Below are positions 24,441-37,000 of a stretch of 64,000 bases of DNA, piece by piece (position 1 is the stretch's first letter; every line of letters starts with the position of its first letter). This DNA comes from Scyliorhinus canicula. Its lineage: Eukaryota. The notes under the pieces are model-generated. The model saw only the letters and a program-made list of their open reading frames with translations, did no database searches and was not told the origin of the DNA. The position numbers were made by a program, and so were the translations under genes. The DNA is taken from the NCBI RefSeq assembly GCF_902713615.1, contig NW_024055728.1:4995367-5059366 (forward strand), given 5' to 3'.

Positions 24441-27400
24441 CGAGATGCATGGCATTAAGGGTAAGTTAGTAGCATGGATAGAGGATTGGTTAATTAATAG
24501 ATAGCAAAAAGTGAGGATTAATGGCTGTTTCTCTGGTTGGCAATTAGTAGCTAGTGATGTCCCTCAGGGATCCGTGTTGGGCCCACAATTGTTCACAATT
24601 TACATAAATGATTTGGAGTTGGGGACCAAGGGCAATGTGTCCAAGTTTGCAGATGACACTAAGATGAGTGGTGAAGCGAAAAGTGCAGTGGATACTGGAA
24701 GTCTGGAGAGGGATTTGCATAGGTTAAGTGAATGGGCTAGGGGCTGGCAGATGGAATACAATGTTGACAAATACGAGGTTATCCATTTTGGTAGGATTAA
24801 CAGCAAACTGGATTATTATTTAAACGATAAAATATTAAAGCATGCCGCTGTGCAGAGAGACCTGGGTGTGATAGTGCATGAGTCACAGAAAGTTGGTTTA
24901 CGGGTACAACAGCTGATTAAGAAGGCAAATTGAATTTTGTCCTTCATTGCTAGAGGGATGGAGTTTAACACTAGGGAGGTTTTGTTGCAATTGTATAAGG
25001 TGTTAGTGAGGCCACACCTGGAGTATTGTGTTCAGTTTTGGTCTCCTTACTTGAGAAAGGACATACTGGCACTGGAGGGTGTGCAGAAGAGATTCACTAG
25101 GTTAATCCTAAAGCTGAAGGGGTTGGATTATGAGGAGAGGTTGAGTAGACTGGGACTGTACTCGTTGGAATTTAGAAAGATGAGGGGGGATCTAATAGAA
25201 ACATTTAAAATTATGAAGGGAAGAGATATGATAGATGCGGGCAGGTTGTTTCCACTGGCGGGTGAAAGCAGAACTAGGGGACATAGCCTCAGAATAAGGG
25301 GAAGTATATTTAGGACTGAGTTTAGTAGGAACTTCTTCACCCAAAGGGTTGTGAATCTATGGAATTCCTTGGCCAGTGTAGCAGTTGAGGCTCCTTCATT
25401 AAATGTTTTTAAGATAAAGATAGATAGTGTTTTGAAGAATTTATGGATTAAGGGTTATGGTGTTCGGGCCGGAAAGTGGAGCTGAGTCCACAAAAGATGA
25501 GCCATGATCTAACTGAATGGCGGAGCAGGCTCGAGGGGTAGGATGGCCTACTCCTGCTCCTAGTTCNNNNNNNNNNNNNNNNNNNNNNNNNNNNNNNNNN
25601 NNNNNNNNNNNNNNNNNNNNNNNNNNNNNNNNNNNNNNNNNNNNNNNNNNNNNNNNNNNNNNNNNNNNNNNNNNNNNNNNNNNNNNNNNNNNNNNNNNNN
25701 NNNNNNNNNNNNNNNNNNNNNNNNNNNNNNNNNNNNNNNNNNTAGAGAGAGAAAGAGGGGGAGGGAGAGAGGGAGAGCGGGAGGGCGAAGAGAGAGAGAT
25801 AAAGAAGGAAGAGAGAGGGAGAGAGCGAGACAGGGGGTGGGGGAGAGAGAGAGATAAAGAGAGCGAGAGATAGAGAGAGCAATCGAGAGAGAGCGAGAGA
25901 GAGAGTGGGGGAGAGAGGAAGAGAGAGAGAGAGAGAGAAGAGAGAGGGAGCGAAAGTGAGAAAAAGAGAGGGAGAGAGCCGATGAGAACGAGCGCGCATC
26001 AGAGAGAGCGAGATAGATAGTGAGAGTGAGAGAGATAGAAGGGGATGAGAGATTCTGAATTGGACATTCTGAATTCTCCCTCTGTGCACTCGAACAGGCC
26101 CGGAATGTGGAGACTAGGGGCTTTTCACAGTAACTACATTGCAGTGTTAATGAAAGCCTACTTGCGATAATAATTAAGATTTTCATTATTTTTATTATCA
26201 TCATCCATAATATTCGTTTTATGCATCACAACTTGCTTCCTGCATAATTTGTGGGCACGATTTAGACGATTGATCAAAATATTTGAATCCCCTCCTTAAC
26301 GATCATCTCCTTCCCACGCTCAATCACAATGATTTTCCTCATCCTCTGACGAAGACATGAGTCACAGTAACAAGTCGCAATTTTTGGATAAATCTTAATT
26401 TAATTTCTGATTATGTAATTGATCCATGCGTTGCTAAAGGCGCAACAGCATTTACTGCTCTGTTTGCTGTTCATTTACTGCTGTCTCCTCATATTCTGCA
26501 AACATATTCCACTGTTAATGAGCGTGAGTAAGGACCACAGTTAACCCTTGACGCTTGGGGACCCCACTTCGGAAATGCCCCCTCATTTTTCCGTAAGAGT
26601 TAATTTATTACCTGAACACATGACTCCGACGCCGATGCTGTTATTGAGAATCGGTTTCCGCTCAAATGAGCTGCAGTTCCAGAGATGTGATTCATTTCCT
26701 CTACATTGGACATTATACACCCACACAGGACCTTCACTCTCGCCGTACTTTGAAGCATTATAAGCGGCTATCGCGCGGCCGCACTCCAGCTGTCGACAGA
26801 CAACTTTGGCATCATCCATGTCCCAGAGGCTGTCCTGGACTCTGCCCCAACTGTGGTTGTAGTAAATCTCCACTCGCCCCTCACACCGGTTTCCCCCATT
26901 CATCAATCTCAGTGACAACATTGTGTCTACAGGATTAAATAAAATGTGTTAAAGGTCAGCAACTTTATCCATTTGTTGTCACTCCTGACCTGGGCGGAAT
27001 TTTTAACTTAATGTCTTTTCTTGGCAACAGCCAAGCAAAATCGCGCCACTTTGAAAATTCTTGCTCCGTGTCTGGAACAAGTTGAATGATTGAAATGATC
27101 CCTGGGATTGTGTTTAATGCACCTGGGAACAATCTAGCAAGCAGTATGTCAGCAGCAGCGGCAGCCTCATTAATCCCAGAATGACTGGGGAGCATAAAAG
27201 GGGGGAGAACAGTTGCTTTCGAGATGGTGATGGAGGGAAGACAGACAGCCCTACGACACTGGAGCAGTTTGGCGAGCTAGGGACCAATTGCAGCTGGGAT
27301 GTCATTGCAGATGAACAGAGCAGAGACAGATATTTTGATTAATTTGCTTTCGAATTAAGTAGGCTTCAACGAATGTCGCAAGGAATTGGGGAGCGGCAGG

Positions 27401-28029
27401 TAATTTTTGGGTGAAAACAGCAAGTGCGCTGGGAATTTGTAAAATGCAGATGGCATCGCAGAAGTAAAGAGCGTCCTATCAGTTTGTGTAAGAATAATAA
27501 GAGAGTGCAACATGACCGAAAGTAGTTTGAAAGTGCTGATATACAAAAATACTGTAGGATAAATTATGTTTTTTGACGCTTCAGCGCAGTTAGCCACTTT
27601 CAACTTGATTCCATGGCGCAGGTGGGCCTGTTTAGCTCAGTGGGCTAGACAGCTGGTTTGTAAAGCAGAACAAGACCAGCAGCGCTGGATCCATTCCCAT
27701 ACCAGCCTCCCCAAACAGGCGCCGGAATGTGTCGACTAAGGGATTTTCTATGTAACTTCATATTTGTGACAATAAAAGATTATTATTATGATGGGAGCTT
27801 GACTCAACCAGGTGTTGGATTATGTTAACGCCATAGGCCAGTGGACGAATAGAGTGTTTGAAGTAAACAAAATAGGAAAATCTGCCAAAGGAATATTTCA
27901 TGTGGCTAATACAATTGTGAACATAATAAAATTTAGATGTTTCAGAGGAGAAAAGCGCAATATAAAGAAATAAGAGCAAAACAGGAAAATACAGACAGGC
28001 AGGTATATAGATAGAAAGACAGAAGACAG

Positions 28030-28065
<36 letters not shown>

Positions 28066-31000
28066 ATTAATAGATAGATAGATACGTAGATAGATAGATA
28101 TTTTTACAAGCATGGTTGTAAAACGTTAAGCACATCAAAGGGTACGTTCGCATAGTCGGTAATAAACAGACTGTTTCAATTCGTCTCAGCTGGTGATGGC
28201 AGATACAGTATTTACTTATCCTTTGTTAAATAAGTTATGCAAGTATTACGTTGTTACTATGGGTTATTCCGTGGAACGTTACCAGTTGGCAAATAATTCG
28301 AAATAATAATTTGGAACAAAATTCGCAGTCCATTGGACCAATATGGATTAACATAAAGGAACGCAACTCGGTAACTGAAGGAGAAATCCTATTTAATCAG
28401 ATTCATGAAGTTTGATGATAAGGTGCCAGCGAGTTTTAATGAGGGTGCTACGGCTGATGTGGTTTTTCTGGACTTCCACTATATATATATGTTAAAGGGT
28501 CACATAGGATTATCAGGGAAGCTAAGTAATCAAATGGACGAATGCTGCAAGCATGGGCAATTGACTGTTTGACTGGAAACATCTAGCAGTGTTAAATAAT
28601 CGGGATTCGTTATTTTTCAATGAAAGAAGAGATACTCTGCATTTCAAAATGGTCATTATTTTCCTGAAAGAGATATCAATTAGCCAGTCGTGATATCAAG
28701 GTTACAATTTCAAACTCTGCAATTTAAAAAAAAAGCTTGAAGTGCAGTCCACAACGGAACATGTAAACTGCAAGAGGACATCGAGAGACTGGTGCAATGG
28801 AAGCAACAGGGCAGATAACATGTAACACAGGAGAATATGAAGTGACTGTTGGAAATAAAGTAATCAGACGTGCACAACAGAAGGATATGCAATGCCTCAT
28901 AGCACGTTGCTGTAAAAAGCTGTGCGTATTGAAGAGCAGCTGTTGTTGCAATATAAGCACAGCGGGCAGCATGAAATGCCATTCTCCCACAACTGACAAG
29001 GCCAACATCACCGCATTATGTGCATTTTGTCATCAGAACACCATGATTGGTGGCATACTGGACAGTGAAGAAGGTTATCAAGGACTGCAAAGGGATCTTG
29101 ATCAATTGGGCTAGTGGACTGATGAATGGCAGATCGAGTTTACTTTAGATAAATGTGAGGAGATATATTTTGGTCGATTGAATTGGGGCAGTTAATGGTA
29201 GGGAGTTGGGGATAGTTACAGAACAAAGAGATCTCGGGGTACAGGTTCATAGAACAAAGAACAAAGAAAAGTACAGCACAGGAAAGAGCCCTTCGGCCCT
29301 CCAAGAACGACCATGCTGCCCGTCTGAACTAAAATCTTCTAAATTTTCTCGGTCCGTATCCATCTATTCCCATCCTATTCATGTATTTGTCAAGATGCCC
29401 CATAAATGTCACTACCGTCCCTGCCTCCACCACCCCCTCCGGCATCTAGTTCCAGGCACCCACTACCTTCTGTGCAGAAAACATGCCTCGTACATCTCCT
29501 CTAAACATTGCCCCTCACACCTTAATCCTCCGCCCCCTAGTAATTGACCCCTCTACCCTTTGGAAACGCTTCCGCCAATCCACTCTGTCTATGCCCCTCA
29601 TAATTTTGTAGGCCTCTATCAGGACGCCCCTCAATCTCCGTCGTTCTAGTGAGGACAAACCGAGTTTTTTCAACCACTCCTGATAGCTAATGCCCTCCAT
29701 ACCAGGCAACATCTTGGTAAATCTCTTTGCACCCTCTCTAAAGCCTCCACATCCTTCTGGTAGTGTGGCGACCACAATTGAACACGATACTCCAAGTGTG
29801 GCCTAATTGAGGTTCCGTACAGCTGCAACATGGTTTGCCAATTCTTACACTCAATGCCCATGCCAATGAAGGCAAACATGCTGTAAGTCTTCTTGACTAC
29901 CTTCTCCACCTGTGTTGCCCCTTTCACTGACCTGTACACCTGTATACCTAGATCTCTCTGCCTTTCAATACTCTTGAGGGTTCTACCATTCACTGTATAT
30001 TCACTACCTGCAGTAGATCTTCCAAATGCATTACCTCACATTCGTCCTGATTAAACGCCATCTGCCGTCTCTCCGCCCAAGTCGCCAAACGATCTAAATG
30101 CTGCTGTATCCTCTGACAGTCCTCATCGCTATCCGCAATTCCACCTACCTTCGTGCCGTCTGCAAACTTACTAATCAGACCAGTTACATTTTCCTCCAAA
30201 TCATTTATATATACTGCGAACAGCAAAGGTTCCAACACTGATACCTGCAGAATACCACTAGTCACCGCCCTCCAATCAGAAAAACACCCTTCCATTTCTA
30301 CTCACTACCTTCTATGACCTAGCCAGTTCTATATCCACCTTGCCAGCTCACCCCTGGTCCCGTATGACTTCACCTTTTGTACCAGTGTACCATGACGGAC
30401 CTTGTCAAAGATTTTACTGAAGTCCATATAGACAACATCCACTGTCCTACCTACATCAATCATCTTTGTGACCTCTTCGAAAGACTCTATCAAGTCAGTG
30501 AGACACGACCTCCCCTTCACAAAACCGTGCTGCCTCTCACCAATACATCATTTGCTTCCAAATGGGAGTAGATCCTGTACTCCAAAGCTCCTTTGAAGTT
30601 GGAGTCGCAGGTGGACAGCGTGGTGAAGAAGGCATTCAGCGTGCTTGGTTTCATTGGTCGGAACATCGAATACTGGAACGTCTTGCTGAAGTTGCACAAG
30701 ATAATGAATTTAATGAAAATTGCTTATTGTAACAAGTAGGCTTCAAATGAAGTTACTGTGAAAATCCCCTAGTCACCACATTCCGGCGCCAGTTCGGGGA
30801 GGCTAGTACGGGAATTAAACCTTGCTGCTGGCCTACCTTGGTCTGCTTTAAAAGGCAGCTATTTAGCCCAGTGAGCTAAACCAGCCTCAGATAATAGTGA
30901 GGGCACACTTGGAATACAGTACAGTTCTGGTCACCGTATTGTTGAAAGGATATTATTAAACTAGAAAGAGTGCAGAAGAGATGTAATCTAAGATGAAGCT

Positions 31001-34000
31001 GTTTCCTTATTTAATGCAGCAAGCGGATTAGATCTGGAAGGAACATTGCAGGGAGGTGATGGATAAGGATCAATCGTGTTTCCTAGAAGCTAATTTGACG
31101 AATGATGGGAGAGAAACTGGCTTGTCCAGTGGGCGAATGCGGGAGGAGTGACTGGTTGAGTTACTTTTGCTGAACAGCGGAATGGACCGTGTGAAACGCG
31201 CGCCTTCTTCCTGTGCTGCGTCAACATCCCTTTATTCTCAGTCTGGAGAGATTCAGCGAACTCACCCGAGCAGACCACATGGACGTCATTCTGGTGTGAG
31301 CAGTTAAATTGTTCCGCGGATGAAAGCGGACACTCCCACAACCGGGATTCATTCCCGCGGCACCTGTAGTTCTCCTTCCAGATAGGACCGGTTCCCTTTC
31401 CAAACAGAGCGTATCTCGGGATGTCCTTCACCGCCCCGCACTGCAGATGCTCACAGATCACACTGGCGGCTTCTAAACCAAAGTGAACATCACACAGCGT
31501 CCCCCATTGCTCTCCATGCAGTACTTCCACCCGACCGGAGCATCTGTCCTCACCACCAACCAATCGAGGTCCATGGTTCCCTGTTTGGATCAAAATAGAA
31601 AGACACAAATAACTGGATATCTGATCATTAGAAGTAGATGGTGAAATGTCGAGATGGCCATAGGTTGATCCCATTATTTGCCCCAGGATTCTGTCGACTA
31701 CGTGCCCGGTTGCGGAAATTTGATCGATCTTCCTTTGCTGGTGGGGGGTGGGGGGGGGGGGGGGGATGGAATAGGACCTCAATCCTAAAGGGCCTTCAAT
31801 AACAATGCAAGGAGATGGTGATTCGGTCACTAGAGTTTTGGTCAGAAACCATCGCCATCCCACTGGCTACTTCCAGGAATAATCTATTGGCCTTGGAATG
31901 CTTTACGGAAATAAATCATATCTGACATTAATAAATATATTATTCTACCAGAATTATAAAACTGTCTTGCAGAATTTCTATCAGGTAGATTCATTCAGTT
32001 TAGATGTGTAAAATGTTAAATTAATTCGCTGATAGGCAGCATGGTGGCGCCTTGGTTAGCATTGCTGCCTCACGGTGCGGAGGTCCCAGGTTCGATCTCG
32101 GCTCTAGGTCACTGTCCGTGTGGAATTTGCACATTCTCCCCGTGTCTTCGTGTGTTTCACCCCCAGAACCCAAATATGTGCAGGCTAGGTGGATTGGCCA
32201 CGCTTAATAGCCCCTTAATCTCGAGACGTCGCATTTATGCTTCATCCCGCTTGTTCTTGAGAAAGTAATTGAAAATGTCACGATTGAACGACTGCTCTCC
32301 ACATGGACAAGGTACATTTGCAATCTATGGGAGCGTCTCTAATTGGGTAATGTGTAGGTACTCTAATTGGCAGGATGTGACTCGTGGTTTACTGCAGGGA
32401 TCTATATTGGGGCCAATTCTTAACAATATTCATCAGTAACGTGGATAGCACAGAACTACATATATCCAAATTTGCTGGTGATACAAAGTCAGATGGCATT
32501 GTCGACATGGCAGATGATAGCAGATATTGGCAGACGACGCAAATGGGCAAAATTGTGACAGGTGGAATTCAATGTCTTCAAGTGTGAGGTTATCCATTTT
32601 GGACCAGAAAAGCATCTGACAGATTACTTTCTAAATGGAAAGACGTCGACGTCCAAAACTTTGGAAATACAAGTGCAGAGATCATTCATACACCACGAAC
32701 AAGTGCAAAATATTATTAGCAAGGCTAACGGAATGCTCGAAGACTGGCGTGTAAATACATTTCGGTTATGCTGCAGCTGCATCAAACCCTAGTTCGACCC
32801 ATTTGGAGTACTGGCAGCATCAGAGGAATGGCCATTTAGCCTTGGAGGGAGGGAGGCATAGGTTTACAAAACATATATCTGGACGACAGGGGTGAATTTA
32901 GGACGAGGTTTTAAGAAAATTAGGTATTTTCCGTTAGAATTTAGAAGGTCAAGGGCTCATCGGATCAAAGTATTCCAGATATTGAGGGCAAAACACGGTA
33001 AATAAAGGTAAACAATTTCCACTGGTTGCGGATTCCAAAAGTAGGGGGCATTGTTGCAAAATTAGGAGTGGACGGTTCAGGAGAAATGTTAGGAAGCTCT
33101 TCTTTACTCATATCGTTGTAGAGGTTTCGAACTCTATCCCACAAACACATTTGTATCCAGAACAGTTGTAAGTTTTAAATATGAGATAGATATATTTCCC
33201 TTGAGCAAATTTATTTGGGGATATGGCCAAAGGCAGGTACGCGGAGTTAGGTCACAGATCAGCCCTTAACTTATTACATGGCGGGACAGGCTCAAGAGAC
33301 TGAATGGCCTAGCCCTGATCCTATGACAATTGCAAATTGCTACTCCTGTAGCTGACTTTCGCCAATAAAGTCCTTCTCTAAAATAAGAACTGTTATTAAC
33401 GAAGCAGTTTGTGTTGTTTATCTGCACTTGTAGTTCGTGACGTGACACTTGTTAGTGACATAAAGCAAGACTGGTTAGTTTTTAAGCCAGGCTTCTGTCG
33501 AATGTGAAAGCGAAACCCGTTTACACCGCAGCCAGTAAACACATTAGCAGCACATCTGTCCTTTTGCAGAACAAAAGCTGAAATTTTCAAATTTGTAATT
33601 TTTAAATACACGGGAATAAGATTAAAGTGAGTCCAAAACAGTCAACATCTGGGAACTGTCAGGTCACGTTTCGATATGGACACTTTCGAGAGAATAAGTG
33701 AATACTTGTTTCTTTCAGTTTTCGAAATATTAGCGGAAATTCTCTGTTTCTCAGTGGGTTTCTACTCACCGGAACAGATCACACTGATATCGTTCATGTG
33801 GCTGCAACCCTGGTGATTTACTGCAGACAGAGGGCAGTCATTTAGGTTTGTCTCTTTCCTTTACAATCGAAGCTGTCCTTCCGTATAAGCCCAGAACCCT
33901 CGCCAAAATATGCGCCTCCTGGCATGCGTACTGCGACTCCACAGTGCCGGTGAGCACAGACCACATTAGCGTCATTCCAATCCCAGTGACGATCACACAC

Positions 34001-37000
34001 TGTTTCCCAGGTTGCACCATTACTGATCTCCAGTCTCCCCGAGCAAAAGTTGTGTCCCGATTCAAGTCGAGGAATTAAGTGGGCTGACAAACAATATATC
34101 AATCGAATTATAGTGATTAGTATATTAATACAAGTCTGATGTATTATAATCAATCATGTTTATTGCTCAAGCTACTTCAATTCTTATCCAATACCTTATG
34201 TGACCTTCAGCCTCGAATGTTATTGTTTATCCAGTGAGTTCACGCTTCTGATATTTGCGTTATTTGTTGTAAACTCAGATATTTGGCTTCGGTTTATTTT
34301 TATACAAGCGCTATGTCACAAGTGAGAACTCGGTGAATTGTCGACTAGAAGATGCGGATGAAATTATTCCACTCTACCTCTGATTTTCTAGCTGCCACGT
34401 TACCTTCAACAACTGCCCGCCCCATCCATGTTCTCCTCCAGAAAACAGATGCAGGCAAGGGGTCGCAGGAAACTCCCTCACCCATCCTTCATTTAAGGAG
34501 GCGGCACAGTAGCCCAGTGGTAGCACTGTGGCTCCTCAGCTCCAGGGTGCCATGTCCGTTTCCGAACTTGGGTAACTGTACGGAGTCTGTGCGGAGTCTG
34601 CACGTTCTCCCCGTGTCTGCGTGGATTTCCTCCGGTTTCCTCCCACAAGTCCCGAAAGATGAATTGGACATTCTTAATTCTCCCTCTGTGTACCCGAACT
34701 ATCGCCGGAATGTGGCGACTAGGGACGTTTCACAGTACATTAAATGCAGTGTTAATGTGAGCCTGTTTATAGATTTTCGTCGAATTTACAGTGCAGAAGG
34801 AGCTCATTCAGCCCTTCGAGTCTGCACCGACTCTTCGAAAGAGAACCCGACCCAGGTTCCACACCTTCACCCTATCCCCACAACCCAGTAACCCCACCCA
34901 ACAGTAAGGGCACTTTTGGACACTAAGGGCAATTTATCATTGCCAATCCTCCTAACCTGCACATCTTTGGACTGTGGGAGGAAACCGGAGCGCCCGGAGA
35001 ATACCCACGCACACACGGGGAGGATGTGCGGACTCCACACAGACAGTGACCCAAGCTTGAAGCGAACCTGTGAGCCTGGAGCTGTGAAGCAATTGTGCTA
35101 ACCACAATGCTACTGTGCGGCCTCCTTGTGACAATAAAGAATTCTGCTGTCACTAAAGAATACAAAGAATACTGTCCGAACACATTGTCTCCCCCACGAT
35201 TAACCCACCTCATCACAGTATTTGACTTTAAGTCAATGCTACACATTTATTTTGAATAATCAGGGAAATAAATATATTTCCATCCTCTTTTACAATGTTC
35301 AGGCCCTTGAGAAAACTAACCCCTATCGCAGTGTGGGAAGAGGCAATTCTAACATTTCCTTACCGGAACACATAATCTTGACATCTTCATGATGCCCACA
35401 GTCATGTTCTCCCCAGGGGTCTGAGGAACAATTCCAGAGAAATGGTTCGTCACCAGAGCACTGCACCTCATCCAACCAAATTGGTCCCGATCCTGGTCCA
35501 GAAGAAACATGGGACGCATCCATTGCATTTCCACAACCGAGTTGCCGACAAACCACTCCTGTGTCAACATTGCCCCATTCGTCATTACAAACTGTGCCCC
35601 ACTGTCCACGATAAAATATCTCCAATCGTCCAGCACAGCGGCTTCCACCTTCGGACAGTCTTAACTGAAGATTTTCTGTCAGAGAACGCAACAGGATTAT
35701 ACGTTTCACAAACGGTAAATGCTTCAGTCAATATCAGCTTAACCATCCAGAAAAAATAAAAATTATGTATCACGTCCACGAATGGGTATGAAGCTGCATC
35801 CCCAGCATCTGCCTACACGAACCTATTGCTTAGAAATGGTTCTCTGTCTCGGCTGATCTATATTGTTCTGATGTCCAAAATGGGCCTCTTGCCACACCAC
35901 GTCGCTTACATTCACTGACTACAAGCAAATCCACCCATTCCTCCAGTTTTCACTGTAATCTATTATCTTCAGAAACACCTGCTGTCGCCCAGTCCATTTC
36001 GGAAAATTTGGGGGCAAATACAGTTTTGCAGAATTTAGTATTGTTTCAATAAATCTTTCTCTCATGTTGATGGCAGTTGAATTTAGGTCACTGCTCGAGC
36101 AGAAACATTATCTTCTTTTTAAATTCCAATCAATCAAACAGTTGTCCAGAAGAAGGAGTTCTGCAAATTACGCCCCACTCGATTATTGACCGAAAAATAA
36201 AACATTTTTTTCAGATGCTGCGGACTGTTATACGCGTTCAATTCCTCGAGATTCGATCTACATCGTGTTTCGGCCTGTCTCTGTGTATGGAAACATTATA
36301 TAACATGAAATTCTCTAAAGAGATCCAATCAATTGTGTGGGTTTAGTGAACTTAATCTCTCTAGTACTTAATAAAATTCCTCGAGTAGTGAACACTGTAA
36401 GAAGTCTTACAACACCAGATTAAAGTCCAACAGCTTTGTTTCAAACGCGAGCTCAGGTCCTGGGAAAGGAGAAGTGCATCGAAAGGTTTTGTTCGAAACA
36501 AACCTGTTGGGTTTTAACCTGGTGTTGTAAGAGTTCTAACTGTGCTCACCCCAGTCCAACGCCTGGCATCGCCAAATCGAGTAGTGAACAACTGTTAACT
36601 GTTGCATATTTCTGAAGTAATTGACTGAAGCCTACATATTAGTGATTTGTGTATCTGAGCCATTAGAACATGCTGCGCATTTCTATCTGTCCTTCCTAAA
36701 GGGCTCATAGATTGTCTGCTTGAAACGTTGCATTCCCTCTGATGAGTTATCTTCGTTTCGGATATTGGAGCGGAATCCTGATTATGTGAAGCACTGAGGA
36801 TGACATGTGCAATCTAAGGATGACATATACAATGTGGGAATGGTATGTCCAATCTGAAGATGACATGTACAATGTGAGGATGACATGTACAATCTGAAGA
36901 TGACATGTACAATGTGAGGATGACATGTACAATCTGAAGATTACATGTACAATGTGAGGATGACATGTACAATCTGAAGATGACATGTACAATCTGAAGA

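Noticed and set aside
13741-35675. Naming the gene DMBT1, CD163 or CD6
   Set aside because: No CUB or ZP exons seen, the domain count differs from CD163 (9) and CD6 (3), and orthology cannot be set without a phylogeny
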